From: Oligoflexia bacterium
GTDB lineage: Bacteria > Bdellovibrionota > UBA1018 > CAIMNF01
Assembly (NCBI GenBank): GCA_903831745.1
Contig: CAIKYX010000274.1
Span: 25,063 to 89,062, forward strand
Length of the DNA: 64,000 bases
Direction: 5' to 3'
Numbering within the stretch: the stretch's first letter is position 1; each line of letters starts with the position of its first letter. Under the pieces are notes generated by a model. The model made no database searches. It was not told the origin of the DNA and worked only from the letters and a program-made list of their open reading frames with translations. Below are positions 26,730 to 37,648 of the stretch, piece after piece. The position numbers and the translations under genes were made by a program.

Positions 26730-27323
26730 ATGCGCAGAAATTTAATCCGTTTATTGGTGATAACGTGTTTCTACGCGCCCACGTTTTCACAGGCTCAAGA
26801 CGCCCGCCCGAATCCCTGTCGCCCATCGGATGAACGGGTCACTCTCACTTCCTCTTCTGCCGAAATTCCAGAACCGCTAAAGCGTCCCAACAAGATCGTC
26901 CCACTCGGTTGCGATCGTCCGTTCGTGTATCGGAACGAAATTTATTCCGCAGATCCACCGCAAGTGCAGGACGCGTCGACCCTAAAATACTTTGTCAGGG
27001 ACGTACCGGAAGCCAATAAGATCCTCGAGGATTACCAAAGCGCAAGAATTCGAAGCCGGATCAGCGCCTACACGGGTACCCTCGGGCTTTTTCTGGTCAT
27101 TTTTTCAGGCCCCTTGGGCAACCAATTCAATAAATCGAATCCAGCCTCTTTGACCAGTACCCTGCGATTCAGCGGAATGGCTTTGGCCGCCGGTGGATTT
27201 ATTTATAGTATTACTCTGATTCGAACAAACGATTCCTTGATTCCTCGGGCGGTTCAAACTTACAATCGCGCAAAACCGGATGATCCGATCGAGTTAAAAT
27301 TCACGACTGGATGGAGTTTTTAA
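26730..27323 (+). CDS. Hypothetical secreted/membrane protein
   Basis: Signal peptide 'MRRNLIRLLVITCFYAPTFSQA' and an internal TM segment 'GTLGLFLVIFSGPLG'. No family recognised. Confidence 0.4.
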   Translation: MRRNLIRLLVITCFYAPTFSQAQDARPNPCRPSDERVTLTSSSAEIPEPLKRPNKIVPLGCDRPFVYRNEIYSADPPQVQDASTLKYFVRDVPEANKILEDYQSARIRSRISAYTGTLGLFLVIFSGPLGNQFNKSNPASLTSTLRFSGMALAAGGFIYSITLIRTNDSLIPRAVQTYNRAKPDDPIELKFTTGWSF

Positions 27324-27326
27324 ATT

Positions 27327-30300
27327 ATGCCAAAACGTACAGACTTAAAGAAAATCCTACTGATCGGCAGCGGCCCAATCATGATCGGCCAAGCCTGCGA
27401 ATTTGATTATTCAGGAACCCAGGCCATTCGCGCGCTTAAGGAAGAAGGCTACCAGGTCATTCTGGTGAATTCGAACCCGGCGACCATCATGACTGATCCG
27501 GAACTCGCAGATCGGGTTTACATCGAACCCCTGACCATCCCTGTGCTTGAAGAAATCATTCGCCAGGAAAAACCAGACGCGATTCTTCCGACCATGGGTG
27601 GACAAACCGCTCTCAATCTAACACTCGAACTGCACCGCCAGGGAATCCTCGACAAGTACAAGGTCGAAATTCTCGGCGCCAAGCCCGACGTCATTCATCG
27701 CGCTGAAGACCGAAAGATCTTTAAGAGCATCATGGACTCGATCGGCGTCGAGAGCGCTCGTTCGGTGAATGCCACTTCTATCGATGAAGGAAAAACAATT
27801 TTAAAGGACCTGGGGCTTCCCCTCATTCTTCGCCCTTCTTTTACCCTGGGAGGCGAAGGCGGAGGTGTTTGTCGTACCGAAGCCGAGTTTCTTGAAAAAC
27901 TTTCGCGAGCCTTGTTTCTTTCTCCGACCAGCAGTTGTCTCGTTGAAGAGAGCCTTGCCGGCTGGAAAGAATTCGAGCTCGAAGTGGTTCGAGACACCAA
28001 GGATAACGTCATCATCGTGTGCTCGATCGAAAATCTCGATCCGATGGGAGTTCATACCGGTGACAGCATCACCGTCGCTCCGGCCCAGACCCTGACCGAC
28101 AAGGAATATCAGAATCTCAGAAACCAATCGATCAACATCATTCGCGCCATCGGTGTCGAAACCGGCGGAAGCAACATCCAGTTCGCCATCAACCCTCACA
28201 ATGGCCGAGTCATTGTCATCGAAATGAATCCACGGGTTTCTCGCTCGAGTGCACTTGCTTCGAAAGCTACGGGCTTTCCGATTGCCCGAATTGCGGCCAA
28301 GCTTGCAGTCGGCTATACCCTCGACGAATTGACGAATGACATTACCCTGTCTACCCCGGCTTCTTTCGAACCCAGTATTGATTACGTGGTTACGAAAATG
28401 CCCCGTTTTGATTTCGAAAAATTCAAACAGACCGATCCCGAACTCGGCACCCAGATGAAATCGGTCGGCGAAGTGATGGCCCTGGGCCGAAATTTCGAAG
28501 AATCGTTCATGAAGGCAGTGTCCAGCCTCGAGCGTCGAGAAAACTGGCTGAAACCACTTCCAGAAAAAAGAATCTATTGGGAGCGCATCGAAAAAGCCCA
28601 TCCGGATCGCATTTGGGCGGTCGCAGATGCTTTCTATAAAGGTGCTTCGGTAGAAGAACTTCACGAAAAATCAAAAATCGATCGTTGGTTCTTGAACAAG
28701 ATTTTTTCGATTGTCGAAACCCGTCGTGAAATCGAAAAAACGGCTTTTCCTTTCAAGCTCGATTTTTTCAAACGGGTAAAGGCCCAAGGGTGGACGGACC
28801 GTGCAATCGGCGAACTCAAAAAAGTTCATCCCCGTGAAGTCCGAACCGAGCGCGAAAAACTCGAAATTTTTCCGACCTATCATTCGGTCGATACTTGTGC
28901 CGGTGAATTCGTGGCCAAGACCCCATTCTGGTATTCGAGCTACGGCCGTACCCAGAGCGAATCGAAACCGACGAACAATCCTAAAAAAGTGATGATTCTG
29001 GGAAGTGGTCCGAACCGGATCGGCCAAGGAATCGAGTTCGATTACTCATGCGTGCATGCGGCCATGGCGTTACGAAAGCTCGGCTATGAAACCATCATGG
29101 TCAATTGCAACCCGGAAACTGTCAGCACAGACTTTGATATTTCGGATCGCCTTTATTTTGAGCCGCTCACACCCGAATCCGTGCTCTCGATCGCCCGCAT
29201 CGAAAAACCGATGGGCGTGATTGTTCAACTCGGTGGCCAGACGCCACTGAAAATTGCAAAAGCACTCGAACTCGGCGGACTTCCGATTCTGGGAACCACC
29301 ACCGACAATATCGACTTGGCCGAGGACCGCAATCGTTTCGACCAATTGGTCAAAGACATCCTGCCGTACCGCTTAAGACAACCCGAATCGGTAATCGCCC
29401 TGACCAAACAAGAAGCGATCAAAAAGGCCGAAAAACTGGGGTTTCCGGTACTTCTGCGCCCATCTTATGTATTAGGTGGCCGAGGCATGCGCATCATCCG
29501 CAACATGACCGCGTTCAAGGAATTCATCGATGAAGCCATCGACGTTTCCGACCAGCATCCAGTGTTGATCGATCGTTTTCTCGATCACGCGACCGAAGTC
29601 GATATCGATGCGCTTTGCGACGGCACCACTACTTTGATTGCCGGCGTGCTCGAACACATCGAAGAGGCGGGTATTCACTCGGGCGACAGCGCGTCTTGCA
29701 TGCCGCCTTGGTCACTTCCACGCAGTGTGGTCGATCGAATCAGAACTTATACCCGAATCTTGGGACGCAAGCTCGACGTGCGTGGACTGATGAACGCACA
29801 GTTTGCGGTTCTGGGCGACGAAATCTATCTCATCGAAGTCAATCCACGCGCATCCCGTACGGCGCCGTTTGTGAGCAAAGCTGTCGGCACGCCAATCATC
29901 AAGATTGCAGTCGAACTGATGTTGGGCAAGAAGTTGCATGATCTCGGCTATCGCAAGGACTTTGACCGAAACCTACGCATCTACAACGTCAAAGCTCCGG
30001 TGTTTCCATTTCATAAGTTTCCGAATGTCGATCCGGTACTCGGGCCCGAAATGAAGTCCACCGGTGAAGTCATGGGTCGTTCAAAAGATTTCGCACTTGC
30101 CTACGGCAAAGCCTTAGAGGGCGCAGGCACTCATCTTCCGCTACAGGGCCAGATCTTTATCTCAGTCAGAAACGAAGACAAGGCCGAAGCCCTGAGTATT
30201 GCCGAGCAATTCCGAGACCTGGGTTTCTCGATCGCCGCCACCCGCGGCACTGCCAAGTTTCTCAGTGACAACGAAATCAAGGTTGATTCGATACTGAAAG

Positions 30301-30524
30301 TCTCAGAAGGCAATCCGAACTGCGTAGAAGCCCTGAAGCGCGGAGATTACTGCTTGGTCATCAACACCGTTTCGGATGATGCTGCAGTTCGCGATGGCTA
30401 CGAAATCAGACGCGCCGCCCTCGAGCGCAAGATTCCGTACTCGACCGTTCTTTCGAGCGCGTGGGCCATGCTGCTTGCCATCGAAAAAATCAAGGAATCG
30501 AAATTCGATATCATGTCGTTATGA
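27327..30524 (+). CDS. carB: Carbamoyl-phosphate synthase large subunit
   Basis: 1065 aa with two ATP-grasp halves ('[26 protein letters not shown]' and '[26 protein letters not shown]'), oligomerisation domain and a C-terminal MGS-like domain. Unambiguous. Confidence 0.95.
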   Translation: MPKRTDLKKILLIGSGPIMIGQACEFDYSGTQAIRALKEEGYQVILVNSNPATIMTDPELADRVYIEPLTIPVLEEIIRQEKPDAILPTMGGQTALNLTLELHRQGILDKYKVEILGAKPDVIHRAEDRKIFKSIMDSIGVESARSVNATSIDEGKTILKDLGLPLILRPSFTLGGEGGGVCRTEAEFLEKLSRALFLSPTSSCLVEESLAGWKEFELEVVRDTKDNVIIVCSIENLDPMGVHTGDSITVAPAQTLTDKEYQNLRNQSINIIRAIGVETGGSNIQFAINPHNGRVIVIEMNPRVSRSSALASKATGFPIARIAAKLAVGYTLDELTNDITLSTPASFEPSIDYVVTKMPRFDFEKFKQTDPELGTQMKSVGEVMALGRNFEESFMKAVSSLERRENWLKPLPEKRIYWERIEKAHPDRIWAVADAFYKGASVEELHEKSKIDRWFLNKIFSIVETRREIEKTAFPFKLDFFKRVKAQGWTDRAIGELKKVHPREVRTEREKLEIFPTYHSVDTCAGEFVAKTPFWYSSYGRTQSESKPTNNPKKVMILGSGPNRIGQGIEFDYSCVHAAMALRKLGYETIMVNCNPETVSTDFDISDRLYFEPLTPESVLSIARIEKPMGVIVQLGGQTPLKIAKALELGGLPILGTTTDNIDLAEDRNRFDQLVKDILPYRLRQPESVIALTKQEAIKKAEKLGFPVLLRPSYVLGGRGMRIIRNMTAFKEFIDEAIDVSDQHPVLIDRFLDHATEVDIDALCDGTTTLIAGVLEHIEEAGIHSGDSASCMPPWSLPRSVVDRIRTYTRILGRKLDVRGLMNAQFAVLGDEIYLIEVNPRASRTAPFVSKAVGTPIIKIAVELMLGKKLHDLGYRKDFDRNLRIYNVKAPVFPFHKFPNVDPVLGPEMKSTGEVMGRSKDFALAYGKALEGAGTHLPLQGQIFISVRNEDKAEALSIAEQFRDLGFSIAATRGTAKFLSDNEIKVDSILKVSEGNPNCVEALKRGDYCLVINTVSDDAAVRDGYEIRRAALERKIPYSTVLSSAWAMLLAIEKIKESKFDIMSL

Positions 30525-31468
30525 GCAGACGGTCAGGCGCGCTTGCAATTTCGCTTTTGATGTTGTTCATTCCATTTCATCAAGCCCTTTCGGTCACGCA
30601 TGATCCGTGTGCGAAAATCTCAATAATTGCCCACGAAGGTCTCTCGGGTCGTTCGCCTGAAGAATCAAAAGCGGCCTTTCAGTTGGCCACCACGCTGAAT
30701 GCAGACACGCTCTCATTGACGGTTCAACGATCGAAAGACCATGTCCTCATTCTGAATAGCGACGAGACATTCGAACGCACGACCAATATTGCCGAAGTGT
30801 TTCCGAAACGCATCAAGGACAAGGTTTCGAGTTTTACCTACAAGGAAATTTCTCAACTCGAAACCGGGCGTGCCTTTAATAAAATGCATGAGGAGTTTGC
30901 AAATTCGCATTTTATCGGCCAAAAAATAGCTCGTTTTGAAGATATTATCGACCTGGTCATCGGACACAAAAACCATCCCGGACTGTTGATTGAGACCGCC
31001 TTTCCAGAAGACCATCCGGGTTATGAACGCGAAATCCTGGCCCTGCTCGACAAAAAAGAAGCATTCGATAATTTTAAAGTTACCTTTCAGTCTTACTCTA
31101 CGGACAGTTTGAATCTGCTTAAGGAACTTCGGCCGGAAGTGCCGAGAATCTACCTGACCGGCGCTGTTTTTCGCGACCTGATCAAGACCGAACTCGACCA
31201 GGCCGAAAAGTCCGGCTCAGGAATTTCAGCAGATTTTGCGATGGTACCACGCCAGAATTTGAAGGATTTTTTGGACCGTGCCCATGCAAAGAAACTCGCA
31301 GTTCACCTTCGCACGGTAGACGAACCAGGCAACATGAAACTGCTGATCGAACTCGGCGTGGATGGAATTCATTCGAATCGCCTCGACCTTCTCGTGCAAC
31401 AGTGCGAGCGAATGAAGAAGGCGGAAGTCGAGCCCCTGCTTCAAAAAGTAATCGGAGGCCAATTATGA
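30521..31468 (+). CDS. Glycerophosphodiester phosphodiesterase (GDPD) family protein, secreted
   Basis: Signal peptide, then '[15 protein letters not shown]...[30 protein letters not shown]' fits the GDPD N-terminal block, though with HEG instead of the usual HRG. ATGA overlap with carB. Confidence 0.6.
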   Translation: MSRRSGALAISLLMLFIPFHQALSVTHDPCAKISIIAHEGLSGRSPEESKAAFQLATTLNADTLSLTVQRSKDHVLILNSDETFERTTNIAEVFPKRIKDKVSSFTYKEISQLETGRAFNKMHEEFANSHFIGQKIARFEDIIDLVIGHKNHPGLLIETAFPEDHPGYEREILALLDKKEAFDNFKVTFQSYSTDSLNLLKELRPEVPRIYLTGAVFRDLIKTELDQAEKSGSGISADFAMVPRQNLKDFLDRAHAKKLAVHLRTVDEPGNMKLLIELGVDGIHSNRLDLLVQQCERMKKAEVEPLLQKVIGGQL

Positions 31469-31752
31469 ATCACTTTTGCTGGTCTTGCTGCAAACCCATC
31501 GACGCAAATAATTTTCATCGCTTGGATAGTTGTGTCCACTGCCGGGCCGACACTCATGCGTGCAAGAATTGTGAACATTACGACCGCGCCTACAATAACG
31601 AATGCCGCGAATCGAGTGCGGATCGCGTTCTCGACAAGGAAAAATCGAATTTCTGCGATTACTTTAAACCCTTCGTCGGAGCGCGCGGCTCAGCCGGCAA
31701 GTCACTGAATGACGCCAAGGCGGCGGCCGAAGCCTTGTTCAAGAAAAAATAA
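31465..31752 (+). CDS. Small Cys-rich (zinc-ribbon-like) protein
   Basis: 95 aa starting '[40 protein letters not shown]' with several CxxC pairs. ATGA overlap with the GDPD gene. Confidence 0.45.
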   Translation: MNHFCWSCCKPIDANNFHRLDSCVHCRADTHACKNCEHYDRAYNNECRESSADRVLDKEKSNFCDYFKPFVGARGSAGKSLNDAKAAAEALFKKK

Positions 31753-31847
31753 TCCCGTCGATTATTTGACGCATTTTTATAAATCTTAAGATCTTCTTTG
31801 CCACCCCCTTCGACATTTATAATTTTTAGAGTATCATTAAATAAAAT

Positions 31848-33215
31848 ATGAGTGCGACCGCCCATGCGGGCAAAACCATGAAGGTGCTTTTGATTTTTCG
31901 CTCACCGGAACCCCGAACGGTTGCCAAGGCCATCCTTGAAAACAGTTATCCCAAAGAACTTCTTCTGATCGACATTCCGCTGATTCAAGATGCGCTCGAA
32001 TACATCGAGCGCGAAAAAACCCCGTTTGATCTGATCTTTTTCGAACACGAGAGCTCGACCCAGGCCCTGATGAAAATCCTCCTCACCATGAGGGGCAATG
32101 CCCAGGTCATTATGTGCTCTTCAAATGAGTCTTTTTTTCAGGGCATGGAAGGCTTAGACGGTGCGCCCGAATTCATGCTCACCACCGCCATTGCAGATTC
32201 TTTCGGAAAGATACTCAAGAAATTCTCGACCTCCGGAAAAATCCCGGAGCTGCCTGCGACTGATAACGAAGCTTATATTACGATCAACCCGCACACGCTG
32301 ATGGCGACTGCACCTCTTAAATCGGATGTGTACGTCATGATGGGCCAAGGCCGTTATGTGCGTATTTTTTGCAAAGGCGATGACATCGAGCAGGCCGATC
32401 TCGAGAAGTACCTCGAAAAAAGAACGGTCGTACTGTTTTTTATCAAAAAATCAGACAGTGCCGAAGTTCTACAGAACCATGCAAATCAGTTGCAAGCTTT
32501 GGCCGACAAGCCAGTCGTCACCACGGCCGAAGCCGAAGGAGCATTCGCGAATTCGTCAGAATTTGTCCGGGATATTGTGAGCCAGATCGGATTTACCCCG
32601 GAAGCCCAAGCGATCGCCAAAAACAGTGTTTCAGTTGCGCTGAAATCGGTGGGCAGTAACCCAAAGCTTTCGGTCATTTTAACTGATCTTAAAGGAAAAA
32701 AAGGCCGCTACATTGGCACGCACAGCTTTATGATCGGCATGGTTGCCTGTGCGATCGCTCATAAGATCAAGTGGGTATCGGCCGCGACATATCAAAAACT
32801 CACGCTTGCAGCATTTCTACATGACATTGCGTTACCTGGTGAGGACCTCGCCCGAATCTCGTCTCTCGATGCTGCTGCTCAATCCGGAATGTTTTCTCCC
32901 GAGCAATTGATGATGGTGAAATCACATCCCGTCAAAGGGGCCGAGTACGCACAGCAATTCAATGAAATTCCGGCCGACGTCGATCAAATCATCATGCAAC
33001 ATCACGAACGCCCGAATGGTAAAGGCTTTCCGCGAGAACTGAGCGCCAGGGCTGTCGCACCATTGAGCGCACTCTTCATTATTGCACACGATATTGTAGA
33101 TTTTGCCGAAACGAATCCTGACATGACTGTCGAGTCATTCCTCGCCTACGCCAAATCCGTCAATCTCTATGAATTCGGGCAATTCAAGAAAGTCGCTGTC
33201 GCACTCGCCGTATAG
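31848..33215 (+). CDS. HD-GYP-family phosphohydrolase with degenerate N-terminal receiver domain (likely c-di-GMP phosphodiesterase)
   Basis: HD domain 'GTHSFMIGMVACAIAHKI', 'FLHDIALPG'. 'HHERPNGKGFP' is a variant of the HHExxDGxGYP motif. The N-terminal REC-like fold lacks the acidic pocket and has Glu at the phospho-acceptor position ('FDLIFFEHE'). Confidence 0.75.
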   Translation: MSATAHAGKTMKVLLIFRSPEPRTVAKAILENSYPKELLLIDIPLIQDALEYIEREKTPFDLIFFEHESSTQALMKILLTMRGNAQVIMCSSNESFFQGMEGLDGAPEFMLTTAIADSFGKILKKFSTSGKIPELPATDNEAYITINPHTLMATAPLKSDVYVMMGQGRYVRIFCKGDDIEQADLEKYLEKRTVVLFFIKKSDSAEVLQNHANQLQALADKPVVTTAEAEGAFANSSEFVRDIVSQIGFTPEAQAIAKNSVSVALKSVGSNPKLSVILTDLKGKKGRYIGTHSFMIGMVACAIAHKIKWVSAATYQKLTLAAFLHDIALPGEDLARISSLDAAAQSGMFSPEQLMMVKSHPVKGAEYAQQFNEIPADVDQIIMQHHERPNGKGFPRELSARAVAPLSALFIIAHDIVDFAETNPDMTVESFLAYAKSVNLYEFGQFKKVAVALAV

Positions 33216-33218
33216 AGA

Positions 33219-33749
33219 TCAACCACCAAAGTCTGTGGTCCAAAAATACGGACAATTCTTGCTCAGCGCTTCTGCATCAGATCCTGCTCGCGCGATGCCG
33301 ATGTATTTGAAATTCGGTGACAGCATATTTGCGAGATGCCCCGGAGAATTGTACCACTGAGTAAATGTCTTATCGCCTGAGGCGTTGCCGCAGGCGATGT
33401 TTTCGCCGGTGTAATTAAAATCTCCTCCAGCATTTGCAATTCGATCCCACGATGCAAGATTGGGTGGCGGTTCGTCGTGAGTCAGATAATCGATGCTATT
33501 CATGTATTCGCTATGGGCTGCCGAAGATTTTTGCAAAACCGGATCGAGCGCGAGCTCGGCCAGACCATTTTGAGCGCGAAGTTGGTTAATCTTTACGAGG
33601 AACACTTGTTCATCCGAAGAAAGGCGCTGAACTTGGCTCGCCGGAGCGCGACCTGTGACGCCATTGGCGGCTAAATCACCAGATTGAGACGAGCTACAGG
33701 CCATTAAACAAAACAACCCCACCAAAGAGAGCGAACTGAATGACTTCAT
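33219..33749 (-). CDS. CAP/SCP (PR-1-like) domain lipoprotein
   Basis: Lipobox 'LFCLMAC'. CAP motifs 'INQLRAQNGL...L' and 'HSEYM...LTH', then 'GENIACG...WYNSPGHLANML...YIGIA'. Confidence 0.7.
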   Translation of the reverse strand: MKSFSSLSLVGLFCLMACSSSQSGDLAANGVTGRAPASQVQRLSSDEQVFLVKINQLRAQNGLAELALDPVLQKSSAAHSEYMNSIDYLTHDEPPPNLASWDRIANAGGDFNYTGENIACGNASGDKTFTQWYNSPGHLANMLSPNFKYIGIARAGSDAEALSKNCPYFWTTDFGG

Positions 33750-33901
33750 AGGCTTTAAACTTTACTTCGGTGCGTTAATTTTAAAAAGCTAAACTTTGGA
33801 GATTGAATACCTGCGTTCCGAATCGGGTTTTGCAAAAAAAGGCACTAAAACGCTCCAACCCATTCAAAATCATTACAAAAATTTGAATTTAGAAATCCTG
33901 C

Positions 33902-34399
33902 ATGCTAGCGTCCTGTGTTATGGCCGATGAAAAAATTCCAATGACGCTCCTTGGCAAAAAATTGCTCGAGGAAGAACTAAAGCATCTCACTCAGGTAGAG
34001 CGCCCTATTGTGGTTGCGGCCATCGAACACGCGCGTTCACTCGGCGATTTATCAGAGAACGCCGATTATTCCGCTGCTAAAGAACGCCAAGGATTCATTG
34101 AAGGACGCATTCAAGAAATCAACGCCAAGTTTGCCCGCGCTCAGGTCATCGACACGGCCACCATCAAATCTGACCGAGTGGTCTTTGGTGCTACCGTTAC
34201 TCTCGAGGAAGAAGAAAGCGGCTCTTCGATTACCTATTCAATTGTCGGCGTCGATGAAGCGGACGTCAAAAAGAACAAAATTGGAATCACTTCACCCCTC
34301 GCCCGCTCGTTAATTGGTAAAAAACAAGGCGAAGAAGTCGAAGTCAACGCCCCCAAAGGCAAAATCAACTATACCGTCGTGGAAATCAGCTATAGCTAA
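33902..34399 (+). CDS. greA: Transcription elongation factor GreA
   Basis: 'IPMTLLGKKLLEEELKHL...ARSLGDLSENADYSAAKERQGFIEGRIQEI' plus a C-terminal FKBP-like domain. The start may be ATG 33902 or 33920. Confidence 0.9.
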   Translation: MLASCVMADEKIPMTLLGKKLLEEELKHLTQVERPIVVAAIEHARSLGDLSENADYSAAKERQGFIEGRIQEINAKFARAQVIDTATIKSDRVVFGATVTLEEEESGSSITYSIVGVDEADVKKNKIGITSPLARSLIGKKQGEEVEVNAPKGKINYTVVEISYS

Positions 34400-36527
34400 C
34401 ACAAACAACTCCCCCTTAGAAACACCGGTGCAGTACTTAAAGGGAGTCGGTCCCAAGCTGGCAGCGGTTTTTCGTTCGAGGGAGATTGAGACCGTCCGAG
34501 ACCTGCTTTTTTTCTTTCCGCGCAAATACGAAGATCGAACCAAAATGTCGATGCTGCAGGACATTGGCGAAGGCACGACCGGAACCGTACAGCTGACAGC
34601 CCACCAACACTTTACCCGCCCGCTTCGGGGACGTTTTCAGAAACTGTTTGAAGTCAAAGCCTACGATGCGCAGAAACAATGGGTGTCGCTGAAATGGTTT
34701 CGAATCTTTAAGGGTTTCGAAAAACGATTCGAGCCAGGTGCGCAATTTACCGCTACCGGCACGATGAAGGTTTTTGGTTCCGTTCGCGAGATGGTTCATC
34801 CCGATGTTCAATTCGAATCAGCAGAAGAAGACATTCATGTCGGAAGAATTATTCCGGTCTATGTCGAAATCGAAGGCATCCCTACCAAAACCTTGCGCCG
34901 AATCCTCGCGGCAGCACTCGATCACGCAGCTTCGCAGCTTCCGGAAGAATTACCCGAATGGGTACTCAAGCAACATCGCTTTCCGAATCTTTCGAAAGCC
35001 ATTCGCGAAGTGCATTTTCCGAGTGAGAATTTTTCGCAAGATGACTCCGGAAGTTTTACCGAATTTCGCTCGCCCGCCCATCAGCGACTGATCTACGAAG
35101 AATTTTTTAAGTTCGAGTACCATGTGCTCTCGAGAAAACTTCGTAACGAAAAAGAACCGGGCTTTTCGCTCGATGAAAAGACTCTCGCAAAAAGTCTAAA
35201 AGCACACGCCAAGAAATTTCCTTACGAACTGACGAAAGGTCAAAAGGACTCGGTAAAGGACATCTTTCTCGACTTAAGCCAACCCCACCCGATGAATCGA
35301 TTGCTTCAGGGCGATGTGGGTGCCGGAAAAACAGCAGTGGCACTGCTCACCGCCCTTTCAGCCATGGATCAGGGTTATCAGGTGGCCTTCATGGCGCCAA
35401 CCGAGATTCTGGCCGAGCAACATTATCAAAACACACTCCGCATGTTTGGTGCAGACACATCGGTAAGATTACTCGTAGGTAAAACCACGGCAAGCGAACG
35501 AAAATCACTGCAGGCGCAGCTCGATTCAGATCAACCCACACTTGTTATCGGAACCCATGCCCTGATCGAAGATCCGGTAAAATTCAAAAAGCTGGGGCTG
35601 GTCATCATCGATGAGCAACATCGCTTCGGGGTCGATCAACGCCGAAAACTACGCGAAAAATCGGCCATTCAACCACACACCCTGATCATGACGGCAACCC
35701 CGATTCCAAGAACCCTCGCGTTGACCGCCTATGGCGATCTGGCGGTATCCATCATTCGAGAGCGACCACCGGGACGCACTCCGATTAAAACGAAAATGGT
35801 CCGCGTCGGTGAGACCGACAAAATGCACGATTTTATTCGCAAAGAAATCGAAGCCGGGCGCCAGGCCTATTTTATTTTTCCGTTAGTGAATGATTCTGAA
35901 GAAGAGGATTTCAAACACCTGACGAGCGCCGTTTCGGCAGCTGAGAATTTGGCAAACGTGGTTTTTCCGGAATTCAAGATCGGGCTCTTGCATGGCAAAC
36001 TTTCGCCCAATGAAAAGGCCTCGATCATGGAGCGCTTTCGCAAAAACGAAGTGCAGATTCTGGTATCGACCACCGTGGTCGAGGTCGGAGTCGACGTTCC
36101 GAATGCCACCGCCATGGTCATCGAACATGCCGAGCGCTTCGGGCTTTCGCAACTCCATCAGCTCCGAGGTCGCATTGGACGAGGCGCTCATGCCTCGACC
36201 TGTTTTTTGCGCACGAATCGCCCCTTGCATATTCCCACACCCGAACGGCTCGAAGTAATGTGCGAGACCGAAGACGGCTTTAAGATTGCCGAAGCCGATC
36301 TCGAACTTCGCGGGCCAGGAGAATTTCTGGGTACCAAACAATCAGGGGCACTGCCTTTTAAAATGGCATCACTCGTACGAGACCAGGATTGGTTACTAAA
36401 GGCCCGTGAAGACGTCGAGAAGATCATGAAAGACGACCCGACAATCGCCGCTTTAGAGAATAAGAACTTTAAGCGGTATCTCGAGCAAGCGGGCAAAAAA
36501 GAATCGGCTCATCTCGGCACTGCCTGA
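34314..36527 (+). CDS. recG: ATP-dependent DNA helicase RecG (start uncertain: TTG 34314 or GTG 34428)
   Basis: N-terminal 'LKGVGPKLAAVF...VRDLLFFFPRKYEDRT'. Helicase motifs 'GDVGAGKT', 'IIDEQHRFGV', 'MTATPIPRTL', 'QLRGRIGRG'. TTG at 34314 would overlap greA by 86 nt. GTG at 34428 lies just after the greA stop. Confidence 0.9.
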   Translation: MVKNKAKKSKSTPPKAKSTIPSWKSAIANTNNSPLETPVQYLKGVGPKLAAVFRSREIETVRDLLFFFPRKYEDRTKMSMLQDIGEGTTGTVQLTAHQHFTRPLRGRFQKLFEVKAYDAQKQWVSLKWFRIFKGFEKRFEPGAQFTATGTMKVFGSVREMVHPDVQFESAEEDIHVGRIIPVYVEIEGIPTKTLRRILAAALDHAASQLPEELPEWVLKQHRFPNLSKAIREVHFPSENFSQDDSGSFTEFRSPAHQRLIYEEFFKFEYHVLSRKLRNEKEPGFSLDEKTLAKSLKAHAKKFPYELTKGQKDSVKDIFLDLSQPHPMNRLLQGDVGAGKTAVALLTALSAMDQGYQVAFMAPTEILAEQHYQNTLRMFGADTSVRLLVGKTTASERKSLQAQLDSDQPTLVIGTHALIEDPVKFKKLGLVIIDEQHRFGVDQRRKLREKSAIQPHTLIMTATPIPRTLALTAYGDLAVSIIRERPPGRTPIKTKMVRVGETDKMHDFIRKEIEAGRQAYFIFPLVNDSEEEDFKHLTSAVSAAENLANVVFPEFKIGLLHGKLSPNEKASIMERFRKNEVQILVSTTVVEVGVDVPNATAMVIEHAERFGLSQLHQLRGRIGRGAHASTCFLRTNRPLHIPTPERLEVMCETEDGFKIAEADLELRGPGEFLGTKQSGALPFKMASLVRDQDWLLKAREDVEKIMKDDPTIAALENKNFKRYLEQAGKKESAHLGTA

Positions 36528-36536
36528 CCTGCAGCT

Positions 36537-36968
36537 TTAAGATTCGCCGTCTTTCTCTTCCTGAGGATGAGGCGATTTTTTATTAGCCACCTCTTGCATG
36601 AAAACCACTCGTTTTCTCGTAGTGTCTTCTTCATCTACACCATGAATTTTTTTGTACTGCTCAGTAATCGCCGTGATTTCTTCAGGGCTTTTGGTTCCTA
36701 AAGTCTGCAAATATTTTTGAGCGGCGACAAATTCTTCACTCTTATTCGCTGCCTCTGCATCGGCAAGAAATTTTTCAGCTTCAGTTACGCCAAGTGCGTA
36801 GCCCAAGGTGCTGGTTACGGCAGGTGACGCATTGGATACTTCAATTCCTTCGCTCGTGACGTGCGAAATGTCCGCCACTTTATGAATTTGATGAAGTTGA
36901 TGGGCAGCATTGACGATTTCGGCATCATGCGCCGCTTGCGCCAACATATGAATTGTATTCAGACCCAC
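36537..36968 (-). CDS. Hypothetical protein; possibly the C-terminal part of the upstream secreted protein (frameshift)
   Basis: GTG start at 36968 with no SD. Its frame is open only from the stop at 37002-37004. The upstream ORF's frame closes at 36959. See findings. Confidence 0.3.
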   Translation of the reverse strand: MGLNTIHMLAQAAHDAEIVNAAHQLHQIHKVADISHVTSEGIEVSNASPAVTSTLGYALGVTEAEKFLADAEAANKSEEFVAAQKYLQTLGTKSPEEITAITEQYKKIHGVDEEDTTRKRVVFMQEVANKKSPHPQEEKDGES

Positions 36969-37648
36969 GAGAGCCCCGATAGCCTGATCATTGCCACTTC
37001 CTTACTGAAGCGCGAAATCATTTTGGTGCGATCATTTTCGGTGAGTTTATGAATGGGGTGCTCGGTCCGCTGCTGATTAAAACTATCGTAAGTTGCTTTC
37101 AGCAAATTTACAGTTTCGGGATCGGTACAACCGGCATTCTTTGCGACTTCCCCGCGGCATACAGCTTTTACTGCAGCATCTGCACTTTGAATGGATGCAG
37201 AAGTATAGCGCTCCTGATAGGCCCAGATCTCCATGGCAGAACGCACGAGATCGGTTTTTACTACATCTCGCAAAAGGTCCGCGCCCGTTTCGCCGTTCGC
37301 CACTTTTGCTTTGATCTCGTCATCCCTCAGCATCTTACGAGCTTCGGCCATGTGTTTGACTTCACCCTCTTCACTGGGTGCATTTACGGTACAGGCAACT
37401 TCTTCGACGATACTGGCTTGATGCCCCCAACCCACTTTATCGCGCGAGCAACTGTTGATGATCTTTTTTACGCTTCTGGTGTTGGCGTCTTCGAGTGCTT
37501 TCGGCAAGGATTTTGCGGCAGAATGAACTGCATGCGAATCATCTGCGTGCGCGATCGCACCTACAGAAAAACTCATCAGCAAAATTATGAAAAACCCCAA
37601 AGTCCGCATTTTCCCCCCGGAAAGCAGAATGCCCTCGGCCGAGAGCAC
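36959..37648 (-). CDS. Secreted hypothetical protein
   Basis: Signal peptide 'MRTLGFFIILLMSFSVGAIAHA'. Contains paired Cys residues. No family recognised. Confidence 0.45.
   Translation of the reverse strand: MLSAEGILLSGGKMRTLGFFIILLMSFSVGAIAHADDSHAVHSAAKSLPKALEDANTRSVKKIINSCSRDKVGWGHQASIVEEVACTVNAPSEEGEVKHMAEARKMLRDDEIKAKVANGETGADLLRDVVKTDLVRSAMEIWAYQERYTSASIQSADAAVKAVCRGEVAKNAGCTDPETVNLLKATYDSFNQQRTEHPIHKLTENDRTKMISRFSKEVAMIRLSGLSWV

Noticed and set aside
27801-28664. 287-aa minus-strand ORF inside carB, plus other antisense ORFs at 28671-29027 and 29070-29345
   Set aside because: It is antisense to an unambiguous 1065-aa carB and has low-complexity Arg/Gly-rich composition characteristic of reverse-frame translation.
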